Assembly (NCBI GenBank): GCA_963751455.1
Contig: CAVVUN010000001.1
Location: 192,001 to 256,000, forward strand
Length of the DNA: 64,000 nucleotides
DNA from: Nitrospirota bacterium
Lineage (GTDB): Bacteria; Nitrospirota; UBA9217
Direction: 5' to 3'
The position numbers and the translations under genes were made by a program. The notes under the pieces are model-generated. The model saw only the letters and a program-made list of their open reading frames with translations, did not search any database and had not been told where the DNA came from. Below, piece by piece: positions 49,852-60,900 of the stretch; within the stretch, counting starts at the first letter, position 1, and each line of letters begins with the position of its first letter.

Positions 49852-52431
49852 CTACTCGATGACTGAAAGCAAGGCTGTTTTGATCTTTTCGAGCCTTTCG
49901 CTGTCCGTGATCTTTTTTCGCAGCAGGTCCGTTACGTAGAAAGAATCCTTGACGCAGCCGCCTTCAGTCACAATTTTTGCTGAAGCGATGTCAAGATTCA
50001 AGTCATAGAGCGTCCTCGTGACGCGGAAAAGAAAGCCTACCATGTCTCGTGCTGTTATGTCGACAATCGTGAACGAATCAGAGCTCGTGTTGTCGAACTC
50101 AACGGATGACTGTATAGCCGCCGGCAAACGGCGCATCGCAGTATAGAGACCGGGTTCGGGCGGCTTGCTTTTTCCCATAAGCACAGTCTGCAGCTCCCTG
50201 CAAAGCGTTTCCCAGGCGTCGTCGTACGGGTAAATATTGCCCTCTGAGTCGGTTATCTGAAAGGTGTCTATCATTACCCCGTTTCGTGACGTATATACCT
50301 GTGCCCTCAAAATGTTCAGGTTCTTCGCGGCGATTGTACCTGCGGTGCGGTAGAACATGCCGTACGCGTCGTACGCGCAAACGATAAGTTCCGTGTATCC
50401 TTTTTCCGGATACTGTCTGTGCCGGATGACAAGATGTTCATCCTGAAGCCGTTTCATCATTCCCATATGAGCAACCGCTTTCCGTGCGGATGTATTGAGA
50501 AGGTATTGATCCGGCATGGCCGCTATAAATTCGTCAATGTCCGTAATCGAAAACAATTTTTGCGCTTCGTTTCTGATCCTGGCCGCTGCCGCTTCCAGGC
50601 GCGTTTGTTCCTGCTCGACCGCGTGGGCGCTCTTTTCTAAAAATTCAAGTGTCTTCACATAAAGATCGTCCAGGAGAACCGACTTCCACTGAGTCCACGC
50701 TGTCGGGTTTGTGGCTGAAATATCGGCATAGGTGAGCAGATAGAGCATACGAAGGTTTTCAGAGTCCCGCACAGTGCCGGCGAAATGAGCTATCACCTTC
50801 CGGTCGCTCAACTCCCGGCGCTGGGAAAGGTTTGACATAAGCAGATGGTTTTGAACGAGAAAGAGTATCCTGTCCCCGTCTTCCTTTTCCACGCCAAGCC
50901 GCATCAGGATGCCTGCCGCAATTTCGACGCCCCGCTGTTCGTGCTCCGACCGGTAGGCTTTTCCGAGATCATGAATCAGTACGGTAAGAAACAGGATCCA
51001 GCGTTCTTTCAGGGCACGAAGGGCTTGTCTCAGCATGGCAAGGGACGGGAAACGCCCGGACCATAAATCCTCCAGATTTCTTATGGCGAGAAGAATGTGT
51101 TCATCCACCGTATAGAGGTGGTAATAATCATGCCGGGCAAGCGCCTGGATCGGCCTGAATTCCGGGATATATCGTCCCAGAAAACGCAGTTCTTTCATGA
51201 GTCTCATTGTTTCAGCCAGATTGTCAGGATTATTGAGGATCGAAAGAAAGGCGGCCGAGGCAACGGGAGATGATCGTGCATCATCTTCGATTCTGCACTC
51301 CCGAACCATGGCTTTGAGCCTTTCTGAAAAAAAAGCGTGGCGGGACTGCGCGATTTCGAATGCTTTTAGAATCAGTGACGGTTCTGCTCTGCAGTCGGCC
51401 TCCGTCGTCGCAACCAGCGTCTTCCCGTTCAGGGAAAACGGTCCAAACGAGAGGCTTCTTTCATACCAGCGGCGCACGGGCTTCGGAAGAGCGGCTTCAA
51501 TGACGATATTCGAGAATTCGCGTATGTTCCGTGCATGGATGAAGTAGGCTTTCATAAAGCGCTCCACAGCAAGCAGGTGCGCAGAATCCCGGAAATGAAA
51601 ATGAAGCGCCGCCTGTTCCTGCAGATCGAACGTCAGGTGATCATTTTTACGTCCGGACAGGTAATGAATTTCGTTTCTCACTCTCCAGAGGAAATTGCGC
51701 GATCTGATGAAGACCGAATATTGCCCCTCGCTTACGATTCCCTGAACGACGAGGTCTGCCAGAGACTGTATACGCAAGTGTACGAAGGAAACCCAGAGCG
51801 CGGTATGGGCGTCCCGAAGCCCGCCTTCGCCTTCCTTGATGTTGGGTTCTCTCAGGTAGATGGAACCGCCGTATTTTCTCCGGGTCGCGTTCCTTTCCGA
51901 AATCTTGTCGTTGATAAAGCTCGCGGCCTTCCAGTAAAAAACCTCGCTGAGCATTTCTTTGAGGAATGACTCATACCGGGCCGGGTCGCCGGCAATAAGG
52001 CGGGATTCGATAAGGGAGGTCCGGATCTTGTTGTCCTGGCGGGCGAGTAAAACACATTCTTTCAGGGTGCGGACACTGTAGCCCAGGTCAAACCCGGCGT
52101 CCCACAGCATATACAGGAGGTCAGGCGAGCGTCTTCCTTCTTCTTCATCGCTGCAGAGAAACATGATGTCGATATCGGAATGGGGATTCAGTTCTCCCCT
52201 GCCGTAGCCCCCCACGGCAAGCAGGGCCGGCATAGGTCCGGCTGCAGACAGTCGTTCGTGGGAGTTTCGAAGAACCCGGTCTATCAAAGCGGTGCGGCGC
52301 TGCACCACCTCCGTGCCGGCTGCACCGTTAAAGTGCGCATCCCTGATGACCGCATTTTCCCGGTCCAGAAAGGCCTTAAGCGGGCCGTCAACGTCAAAAC
52401 ACTCTGATGATTGTCGGTTTACGGAGTTCAC
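49852..52431 (-). CDS. glnD: [Protein-PII] uridylyltransferase
   Basis: AVGGYGRGEL.PHSDIDI, EPNIKEGEGGLRD, YHLYTVDEH, HDLGK, two ACT domains. Confidence 0.96.
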   Translation of the reverse strand: MNSVNRQSSECFDVDGPLKAFLDRENAVIRDAHFNGAAGTEVVQRRTALIDRVLRNSHERLSAAGPMPALLAVGGYGRGELNPHSDIDIMFLCSDEEEGRRSPDLLYMLWDAGFDLGYSVRTLKECVLLARQDNKIRTSLIESRLIAGDPARYESFLKEMLSEVFYWKAASFINDKISERNATRRKYGGSIYLREPNIKEGEGGLRDAHTALWVSFVHLRIQSLADLVVQGIVSEGQYSVFIRSRNFLWRVRNEIHYLSGRKNDHLTFDLQEQAALHFHFRDSAHLLAVERFMKAYFIHARNIREFSNIVIEAALPKPVRRWYERSLSFGPFSLNGKTLVATTEADCRAEPSLILKAFEIAQSRHAFFSERLKAMVRECRIEDDARSSPVASAAFLSILNNPDNLAETMRLMKELRFLGRYIPEFRPIQALARHDYYHLYTVDEHILLAIRNLEDLWSGRFPSLAMLRQALRALKERWILFLTVLIHDLGKAYRSEHEQRGVEIAAGILMRLGVEKEDGDRILFLVQNHLLMSNLSQRRELSDRKVIAHFAGTVRDSENLRMLYLLTYADISATNPTAWTQWKSVLLDDLYVKTLEFLEKSAHAVEQEQTRLEAAAARIRNEAQKLFSITDIDEFIAAMPDQYLLNTSARKAVAHMGMMKRLQDEHLVIRHRQYPEKGYTELIVCAYDAYGMFYRTAGTIAAKNLNILRAQVYTSRNGVMIDTFQITDSEGNIYPYDDAWETLCRELQTVLMGKSKPPEPGLYTAMRRLPAAIQSSVEFDNTSSDSFTIVDITARDMVGFLFRVTRTLYDLNLDIASAKIVTEGGCVKDSFYVTDLLRKKITDSERLEKIKTALLSVIE

Positions 52432-52460
52432 GATACGACACGCAGGAAAAGAAATGATTG

Positions 52461-52527
52461 GGGTTTGTTTAGTTTGTTTAGTTTGTTTGGTTTAAAACAA
52501 GACAAACCATATAAACCAAATAAACCA
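52461..52527. repeat. 9-nt-periodic inverted repeat
   Basis: gtttgttta x2, gtttgtttg, then aaacaagac/aaaccatat/aaaccaaat/aaacca, upstream of glnD. Confidence 0.75.
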
Positions 52528-52537
52528 TTTAACGATA

Positions 52538-52960
52538 TTACTGCTTCACGCCTTTAAAACTAATCGATTTGATCTCTTCCATCATCAGCATGAAGCTGCC
52601 GAAACCCGCCTCGCCGAAACACCGCACGTCGGAGTCCATGTCGAGGGCTGTTTCGCTCCCATCGGCCATCCGGGCTGTGATTTTGATTTTGCGGTCATGT
52701 TTCTCTCCTACGATTACCTCCCTTACACGCTCGAAAGGCAGATTCACTTCAGCCATTCCCATGTATCCCGAAAACCGAATTCTGCCCTCACAGCTGAATT
52801 TCTCGCCCTCAATCTTGTGGCCCGACGCGTCAACCACCGTGACCGAGAAATTTTTATCTACCCGCGGGGCCCGGTCGAACCCTCCGCCCTTCCCCCCCAT
52901 GGCACTAAGAAGAAAAAATGCGGACAAAACCAGAATCGCGGATGAGAATCGTTTCAGCAT
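52538..52960 (-). CDS. Secreted hypothetical protein
   Basis: AAGGAG RBS, signal peptide, internally duplicated beta-rich halves. Confidence 0.75.
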   Translation of the reverse strand: MLKRFSSAILVLSAFFLLSAMGGKGGGFDRAPRVDKNFSVTVVDASGHKIEGEKFSCEGRIRFSGYMGMAEVNLPFERVREVIVGEKHDRKIKITARMADGSETALDMDSDVRCFGEAGFGSFMLMMEEIKSISFKGVKQ

Positions 52961-53136
52961 GTTCGAACTCCTTTCAGAATCGCGGGTTTAGGGCTTACAT
53001 ATGCTTCGTAAGATACCATATCGAAATATGGCTTTCAACAAAAAAGCTTGCCCCGAGGCATTCATGTGACTATACTGAGCAAGGGTAAATATCCAATCAC
53101 CATTACTCATTTTCCGATTAATATCAGGAGTTTGAA

Positions 53137-53910
53137 ATGACAGACAATTTTAATAAACTCATAGCTCTCATGGCCACTCTTCGCGGGCCGGAAGGGTGCC
53201 CCTGGGACGCCAAACAGACGTCTGATTCGCTGAAACCGTTCCTGATAGAAGAATGCTACGAAGTGGTTGACGCCATCGATGAGGGCATTCCCGATAAGGT
53301 AAAGGAGGAATTGGGCGATCTCCTGTTTCAGATCGTATTCCATGCCCGCCTTGCCGAGGAAAAAGGCCAGTTCACGATGAACGACATCCTGTCGGTGAAC
53401 CTGGAAAAGATGATCCGGCGGCACCCTCATGTTTTCGGTAATGAAAAGCTCACGACCGACCGGGAAGTCCTCGCCAATTGGGAAGAGATCAAGAAGAAGG
53501 AAAAAGGCTACGAACAGAGGAAGTCGGTCCTTGAAGGCGTTCCCAAAAGCATGCCCTCGCTCATTCGGGCGCACCGGCTCCAGGAACGGGCAGCCCGCGT
53601 CGGATTCGACTGGAACAGGATCGATGAGGCGCTCCCGAAGCTCGACGAGGAGCTCGCGGAGTTCAAGGAGTCCCTCCAGAGCGGCGATGCAGCGAAAATA
53701 GAAGAAGAGCTGGGCGACATCTTTTTTATGCTCGTCAATCTTTCGCGCTTCCTTGACGTTGACCCTGAAAACGCCTTAAGAAAAACGATCAGCAAATTCA
53801 TCCGCCGTTTTCGCTATATTGAAGAAAAATCGGCAGGTGCCGGAAAATCCCTGAGCGATATGACGATTGATGAGATGGAAAAGCTCTGGCAGGAATCGAA
53901 GCAGAAATAA
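53137..53910 (+). CDS. mazG: Nucleoside triphosphate pyrophosphohydrolase
   Basis: LRGPEGCPWD, EELGDLL, KMIRRHPHVF, GFDW, second EELGD. Confidence 0.96.
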   Translation: MTDNFNKLIALMATLRGPEGCPWDAKQTSDSLKPFLIEECYEVVDAIDEGIPDKVKEELGDLLFQIVFHARLAEEKGQFTMNDILSVNLEKMIRRHPHVFGNEKLTTDREVLANWEEIKKKEKGYEQRKSVLEGVPKSMPSLIRAHRLQERAARVGFDWNRIDEALPKLDEELAEFKESLQSGDAAKIEEELGDIFFMLVNLSRFLDVDPENALRKTISKFIRRFRYIEEKSAGAGKSLSDMTIDEMEKLWQESKQK

Positions 53911-53941
53911 AAACAGAGGGGAAATGCCGTCCCCTCTGTTT
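53911..53941. terminator. Bidirectional terminator
   Basis: aaacagagggga...tcccctctgttt between convergent genes. Confidence 0.8.
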
Positions 53942-53963
53942 GAAATCACGCCGCATTCTCCTT

Positions 53964-55196
53964 TTAGAAAGTGCAGGAATCCCCGCCCATCAGCGTACAA
54001 CTGCTGAATGTCTTCACATCCGATCCGACGGTAACCGTTACAGGAGATCCAAAAACGATCGTCGCATTGTTGACCGTGACCGTGCCGGACGCCGGACATT
54101 CTGCCCCCGAAAGGGTATGTATGGGAGTTGCGACTCCCGTACCGATCGTGATCGTACCCGGAACACATCCATACTGGCTAAGATCAGGCTGCCAGGAAAG
54201 CCCGATACTTCCGTCGATCCATTCATCTGTGCTTAGATCTGCATTCGTGCGCACTTTGTCTTTCAGATTGGAGAGTGAGATTGTCATGGCAAAGATACTG
54301 CTGCCGCCACTTGAATAATCGAAGACGAAGCTTCCATTCAACGTGTCTTCGTCCGTTGTGACCGTGCCGCTCGTTGTCGTCGTTGCTGAGGTCCAGACAT
54401 CGCTGATATTGTTGAAACTGAAGGTGGCGATATCGCCTCCGCTGCCCGTTTCAGTAAATGATCCGTTTGCGTCGTTTCTTCCGCTGGTTAAGTTATTCGT
54501 GTTGTTAAACGTTCCGTTTAATACATCTGTAGAATATAAGGTATCGCTGAGGTACAATTTTACCGTAAAATTAGTGGCAGTCATGTTTTCTATGTTGGAC
54601 GAATTATCGAGTAAATGTTTACGATAGAGCTGTAATGTTCCGGATACGACCGTGTAGGTCGTAGAGGTGCTTTGCCTGCAGTTTGTAAATTGTATCGTTG
54701 CAGTGTCTTCATCATAAGATCCCGGCACAGATGTATCCGAGCCGCTAACCGAGTACGTGCCGCTGCCTCCTGCGCAGGTTGTGGGCGATATAGAGATTGA
54801 GGTCGCGTTCATTGTTTTTAAAGAACGGCTTTTCTGAACAGCGCTCCCGATTACAGGAAGCTTGAGGTCGGCAACCATCTTATCTACCACGTTTTTTAGC
54901 CGTGGGTCGAGATATGCGATTGCATCGGTATTAACAGCCTTACCTCTTTTCTTCGGAGCATAGGACGGAACTTCACTGCTCGCCATACTGGAAGATTGAT
55001 CAAGCGTCGATGTCAACGTTACTGCGCCGGTTACGGCCTTTGTAGAAGATGAGGCCTGGGTGGCGTTAGTATAGGTGACCTGCCCGCCTCCATCGTTGCC
55101 GCCCCCGCCTCCGCTGCATGACAATATTGATCCAGCCAATAAAGCAGTTACCGACAGAACACTTAATAATCTAACTATTGTGATTCTCCTGAACAT
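53964..55196 (-). CDS. Ser/Thr-rich surface lipoprotein
   Basis: Lipobox ILSC, Gly tether, beta-rich body with paired Cys. Confidence 0.8.
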   Translation of the reverse strand: MFRRITIVRLLSVLSVTALLAGSILSCSGGGGGNDGGGQVTYTNATQASSSTKAVTGAVTLTSTLDQSSSMASSEVPSYAPKKRGKAVNTDAIAYLDPRLKNVVDKMVADLKLPVIGSAVQKSRSLKTMNATSISISPTTCAGGSGTYSVSGSDTSVPGSYDEDTATIQFTNCRQSTSTTYTVVSGTLQLYRKHLLDNSSNIENMTATNFTVKLYLSDTLYSTDVLNGTFNNTNNLTSGRNDANGSFTETGSGGDIATFSFNNISDVWTSATTTTSGTVTTDEDTLNGSFVFDYSSGGSSIFAMTISLSNLKDKVRTNADLSTDEWIDGSIGLSWQPDLSQYGCVPGTITIGTGVATPIHTLSGAECPASGTVTVNNATIVFGSPVTVTVGSDVKTFSSCTLMGGDSCTF

Positions 55197-55338
55197 TTCG
55201 GCATCCTCCCTTTTGCGGCATAATGATTAAATATTAGAACAAATTTATCGTGCAATTAAGATACAGTCAAGGTACTAATCACTTTTTTTGTAATTAATGG
55301 TGAGTTAACACGCAAGGAATTGCATTTTTGTGTTACGG

Positions 55339-57252
55339 TTATTTTATTGTGAGAGTATAATTGCCGTATTTACCGGCAGATAGCGGTTTGGGAGAATACG
55401 GCGTCGATGTGACCTTTACATAGTACGTACCCGAAGGCAGAGTGCCTGTCGAAATTTTTGAGGCAAGTAAATCGTCGCCGTTTTCATGACATGCATAGTC
55501 GTAGGAAGAGCAGTTAAAGGGCTCATTATAAGGGTAAGGAGTGGTTCTTCCTGTATTGTCGTTTGAATCGAGCAGTGTTGTTCCCTCCGGGCCCATCAAC
55601 TCAACAAAGGTATCTGCACCGTTTAAAAGACCTGTGGTTGTTATCGTGTAACTGCTGGTTCCGTTTGCGGTAAACTTTGCGTAATCGGCAGAACCGGCAG
55701 GATAAAGTCCAAGACTCACAGGAACCGAATATGCTAACGCAGAGATCGGGCTGTCATATCCTTCTTCCAGATATCGAATTCCCCTGTCCTCAAATTTTGA
55801 GCGGACAGTAGCTATTTCCGATGCTATTGAAGGCCTCTGTAGCCAGCTGTCCCATAATAATTCAACATTTACGGGCGTAGCTGCAGTTTTAAAGGCATTG
55901 GATTGAAGGATGTCCATAATCGGCTGCATAGTGTAGTTACTGAGCAGATTGACCAGCACATTAGCAACAGCAACTTCGCTGGAAGCATAGTAAAACGGTG
56001 AACCTCCAGGATTTCCAAAATCGAATGGAATCTGCGCGTAATTGCCGGCCGTATCAACATACCCTGAAAACGGCATTGATGCAGTGGTAGACAAGCGGGA
56101 AGCGTCGTTCGATAAGAGCCATTTCTTGACAGCTGACGGGAAGAAATTTCCCCAGCCTTCGCTCCAGGAGAGCCGCAGGTCCTGGTCGTTATCGGTTAGA
56201 TAGTGATACCCGCCCGGGGACTGGTCGCGTGAAAATTTATCAGCTATAAAGTGTCCGAGTTCATGCAGGATGACATCATCGTCGTATTCGTCAGTATCAC
56301 CGTTACCATCCCCGCCAAGCACGTAAATTCCGTCGTTTCCGCAGCCGGTGCAATAGTAAGTCCCATTTTGATTGCCCTTTGCCCAGAATGCTACTATGGC
56401 GGGAGGACTTACGCCAAGACTGTGCATGAACTGGAAGGCATTTGTATAGACATCCATGATGTTGAATGCTCCACCAGCGTCGCCTGCTGAAGGAACCGAT
56501 ATATTCACGACGGATGTGCCCGTAGGCGTAAAAATGCCGCTTGCAAAGCTATAAAGAGCATTAGCAGTAGTGAGATCCTTCACGTCGATAGCAGGAGAAC
56601 CGCCGAACGACATCGACGATATGACCCGTACATAAACAGGGTCGCTGCCTTGGGAAACGAGAAAGCTATATGTGCCATCCGTGCCGGTAATACCGGAAGC
56701 TAACACTGTGCCGAATGAATCAACGAGTTCAATGTCGGCAAGCCGGACAGGCTTGTAATATCCTGTCCTTAAGGTAAACCCGGACATGTTGTACTCCCTA
56801 TCTTCGTACTGAACGGTTCCGCTGATCAATATCGGGCCTGCCAACCCGGCTTCCGGGGTCGCTGAAACTTCCGGCGATTCCGCACTTTCCTCGGATCCAT
56901 TCAAAGCTGTGACTACAAAATAGTAAGTTTTGTTGTTCAAAAGGCCTGTGGGAACGTAGGGGCTTACTGCTCCGGAAACTGATACGCCGTCAGTCAAATT
57001 CGTATAATTGGTCTTTTTCACACCAGTCTGGGAGGCCATATAAACCTTATACGAAGTCGCGCCCTCAACTCCCCGCCAACTCAGGGTTACTTTCCCGTCG
57101 CCGGCTACGACACTAACAGCAGCTGGAGCCGAGAACCCGGATGTGCTTCCCGGTGGAGACGGATCCGCGGAATGTTTCGATCTGCAGCCGTCCTGAAATA
57201 TGAGCACAGCGGCAAGAATAAAGAGAATAAAAACATTTTTGCGATTCATCAA
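55339..57252 (-). CDS. Lipoprotein: FN3 domain, zinc metallopeptidase domain, PPC-like C-terminal domain
   Basis: Cys after signal peptide (QDGC). FN3 (VTLSW...YKVY...YYFVVTA). DVILHELGHF plus downstream WSEGW. GTYYVKV. Confidence 0.82.
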   Translation of the reverse strand: MMNRKNVFILFILAAVLIFQDGCRSKHSADPSPPGSTSGFSAPAAVSVVAGDGKVTLSWRGVEGATSYKVYMASQTGVKKTNYTNLTDGVSVSGAVSPYVPTGLLNNKTYYFVVTALNGSEESAESPEVSATPEAGLAGPILISGTVQYEDREYNMSGFTLRTGYYKPVRLADIELVDSFGTVLASGITGTDGTYSFLVSQGSDPVYVRVISSMSFGGSPAIDVKDLTTANALYSFASGIFTPTGTSVVNISVPSAGDAGGAFNIMDVYTNAFQFMHSLGVSPPAIVAFWAKGNQNGTYYCTGCGNDGIYVLGGDGNGDTDEYDDDVILHELGHFIADKFSRDQSPGGYHYLTDNDQDLRLSWSEGWGNFFPSAVKKWLLSNDASRLSTTASMPFSGYVDTAGNYAQIPFDFGNPGGSPFYYASSEVAVANVLVNLLSNYTMQPIMDILQSNAFKTAATPVNVELLWDSWLQRPSIASEIATVRSKFEDRGIRYLEEGYDSPISALAYSVPVSLGLYPAGSADYAKFTANGTSSYTITTTGLLNGADTFVELMGPEGTTLLDSNDNTGRTTPYPYNEPFNCSSYDYACHENGDDLLASKISTGTLPSGTYYVKVTSTPYSPKPLSAGKYGNYTLTIK

Positions 57253-57289
57253 TACGGTACCTTCGATATAATTATGATTACGGGTTTAA

Positions 57290-57784
57290 TCAGTTTGACT
57301 CGATAATGTCCCTGCCACGTTTGTCTTTTTTGATGCGGGGCTCCCGGTGCGGCTTCTTATCTGTATCAGGACCGAGAATATACGTGGTCTCAACTCTGAA
57401 CCCTGGCTTATTGTCATGGGGAAGAGAGATAGATGCCTTGATTCCGCCTTTACCCTTGGCCGGAGTACGAACCGTGATCTTCATCTGCTTCTCGGTATTT
57501 TTCTCGACCGGACCTGACCAGGATGTCCCCCCGTACAGAAGTTCAGCCCCGCCTGTAAGCTCTATCCTGATCCTCATTTCAGGAGCTTCCGTCATCGAGC
57601 GGGCAGTAACAAGGAAATCCAGGGTTTCACCTGGTTGTATGCTCGACTGCGTAACGCCAGTTTGAACCGGGGCTATGGTCACGAAAAGCGGCGGCAGTGC
57701 CTTGCGCCCAGCCGCTAAGGAAGTACCCGGCCACACAGATACGAACAATATGCAAATAAATAGAATAATTTGTTTCATTCTCAT
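57290..57784 (-). CDS. Secreted hypothetical protein, single Ig-like domain
   Basis: Signal peptide, beta-rich, co-oriented just upstream of the peptidase. Confidence 0.7.
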   Translation of the reverse strand: MRMKQIILFICILFVSVWPGTSLAAGRKALPPLFVTIAPVQTGVTQSSIQPGETLDFLVTARSMTEAPEMRIRIELTGGAELLYGGTSWSGPVEKNTEKQMKITVRTPAKGKGGIKASISLPHDNKPGFRVETTYILGPDTDKKPHREPRIKKDKRGRDIIESN

Positions 57785-57926
57785 TTGAGCCTCGGCAAAC
57801 AATATACACCAAAAGATTTGCGTTTTTTAGTCAAATTGTAAAAATGAGCACATTAAACAGAATCATTATTGAAAGTATAACCGGATAATTGCACGGGTTC
57901 GGAATAATTGTATTTTTCCGCAATAT

Positions 57927-57962
57927 AAAAAAAGGGGGTGGGGTAAAGGCCCCACCCCCTTT
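57927..57962 (-). terminator. Rho-independent terminator
   Basis: gggggtgggg-taaagg-ccccaccccc with A/T runs, after the 1604-aa gene. Confidence 0.8.
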
Positions 57963-57989
57963 GATATCGATTTACTGACTGCTATAACA

Positions 57990-60900
57990 TTAACGATCCT
58001 TGCTCATGATCATGATGTACTGCTTCAGGGATTCCTGCTTCAGGTACTGGTTTCCGGAGCTCGAGGGCGCGACACGCGCTTTGTAGTAATACCCTGTTCC
58101 CGGATACAGAGTGTTCACATCGATGTTATGACCATGACCTGTCCACGTCACTTCGTCATAGGCATTCACTCCGATCGTGAATTGTGTTCCAGCGCCGAAA
58201 TCCAATTGGAAGCTGAAGCTGGATCCGTCAAACGTGATCGGTTTTTTATTCATCTCCATCTGGTCTCTCGGATCGCTCGAATACTCCTGGCTTGTGCTCG
58301 TACCGGTCAGCGGGTCATAGCTGTTGACCCATGCATAGACGCGGCTCGGTATATATCCTGATGCATTCGCATCTATTATCGTGCCGGTCACGTTCTGCAC
58401 ACCGGTGATTCCTGTAGCTCCGTTCGTCGGTGATGTAATCGTCACGAATTGGGGCTTCGGCCTCGCGTTTGCTGTCTGGATGCTCACACCTGCGTAGTTC
58501 CACGCTGAATCGTTGATGCTGACATAGTTCCAGCCGTCATAGACATCCACGGTAATGCTGAATGTGCTGTCGGCGTTAATCGTGAACTGATGGTTTCCTC
58601 CGGTGGAATCCATATAGTTGCCTGTTCCGGCAGGAGCCGTCGTGCTTCCGGTTATGGTTACCTGCTGAACTGACGTTGTTCCTGATGTCGCATCCCACTG
58701 CGAGTCGCCGCATCCGCCGTACGGATTTACCATCTTCACGGCAGACGAGACAGCGGATACCGTGATCGGGGGCGTTGGTTTAATACCATTACTGCTGTTC
58801 ACGCCGAAGCTGATGTTACTTTGATAGTTGCCGCCGTCTATATTGATCCAGGTGGATCCGCTGTTGGTGCTATCGTAGACCGGGATGCCGGTAATGGTCC
58901 AGCTGTATAAACCCGACCCTGTTGCTGTTTCTGTGGTGTCTGCGGTTGCCGATTTTACATCATTGAGACCGCACACGCCTATATGAGCATTGATCGTTCG
59001 GCCCGGCCTGTTGGTTGTGCCGATTACCGTAATGGTCTGGTAGGCTCCTGCATCGTAGTTGCCATAAGTATCGACGGTAAGAGGGACGTTATCCGAATTC
59101 CTGACCTCGGTTAACGTTACAGCCGGATTCTGATACGCACAGCCGCTCGCGGGACCCGTTATGGAAATGCCCGTCCACTTGTAATTCGCGTCATTGATGT
59201 CGACGTAGTTATAGTTTCCTGCACCGCCGACAATGGGAACGGTGACGGTGAAGGTGCCCAGCGTGCCCTCTGTTCCTGTCAACTTCACGGTCTGCCATTC
59301 ACTATGAGACGTGGAGCCGTCATAGCCATTCCAGTTGACATTCACATCGCCGACCAGGGCTTGCCCTACGATTGTTGCGGAGCAGGTCGTAACGCTTGCC
59401 GTGCCCATGCCGCCGGTGGGCGCAGTATAGGGATCGCCGTTGATCGTGCTGATCGTTGCCTTCATCACCTGCTTGCCCAGCGTGATGTAGATGTTCAATC
59501 CGTACCAGTTCCCGTCAGCGTCGTTCATGCTGACATTGTTCCAGCCGGTGAAAAGCTCCACAGTAAGGCTGAAGGAACCATCGGTCATGGCTTTCAAGGT
59601 GCCGTTGGAGTTGCTTCCTTCGCTGTTGATCCAGTAGGTCCCATCGATCGGTTTTTTGAGTCTGCCGGTTACGGTTACAGTGTAGTCGCTATCCCCGGTT
59701 GCATCCCATTCGGTGCTGTTGCCGTAGGACTTCGTCGGTGACAGGGTAGTCGTAGTTGTTGACCACACGGTTACGTTGCCGAACGGCGGAACATATACCG
59801 AGCCGGTATCCGTATAGACACCCATATTTGCGTTATACCCGTTCCCCATCGAACCGCCGGTTCCTGAGGAAACACTTCCTCCCAGGTTAAGCCAGTTGTC
59901 TCCCTGGAAGATTTCGACAGTTACCGTGAATGTCCCGTTTCCTGAGCTGTAATCGACAGGCGCCTGAGCATAGTAGTTAGCCTGAGACTCGTTCCAGACG
60001 TTTACGTTCAGGTTCGGGAGGGTGGAACCAACCGGGAGCCCGGCTACCAGGACAGCGCCTGTAATCGTCAGTTTTTTACTGCCGGATTTAAACGTTGCGC
60101 TGTCTTTACTGTTGTAGTAATCGCCGTAAGTGCCTTTTGACAGCGCTTGACCAAGATCGTCAACAACGCTTGTTATACTGATTACCGGCGGGATGCCGCC
60201 TGTTGTCTGGACTCTGAAACTCTTGCCGAGTCCCGCGCAGTCCCAGATCCCGATATTGCTCCAGCCCCGGTAGAGCTGGGCTGTCACTGTCACGTCGCCG
60301 TTTGTAAACGTGAGCGGATAATTCTGCGATCCGCTGCCGTTCACATTCAGCCCGGCGCAGCCCATATTGGTCGCTAAATCCGGGTTCATGGTGTGCACTT
60401 TTATCGTAACGGAATCGGCGCCTCCGGCATCGAATCCGTCGAAGTTCTCGTTAAAGACAAGCGGTGTAGTCGAACCGGCTGCTGTGACCGTGACAGTAAT
60501 CTCTTTGTAAATACCGTCAACGCTGAAGTTGTTGACGCTGCTGATCGCCATTATATCCGCAATGATATCTGACGTCTTGGGCGCGGTGGGATCCGTCTTG
60601 GGATCGTTGCCGATGGTATTTATCCCGATACTGCCAAGGCCGATGACCTCCCAATAATACTGACCTCCTTCAGCAAACGGTCCATTCCCTCCACCACCAC
60701 CGCCTGTACTACCACCTGGCGAATTGCTGGGGCCTCCTCCGCCGTCCTCGCAGAAGCCGAACTTGCAACTGACGTCCTTTGCGCCGACCGAGATGGGATC
60801 CTTGTCTGTCGAGATGCTCGTCATCGTGCTCGGCAGAGCAAATGCCATACCCTGTCCCGGATTGCGGGCATCAACCAGAATTACCACATAGGTCGATACA

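Noticed and set aside
53137-53910. MazG as a defence or TA component
   Set aside because: It is a two-domain housekeeping-type MazG with host-like composition and no partner gene.
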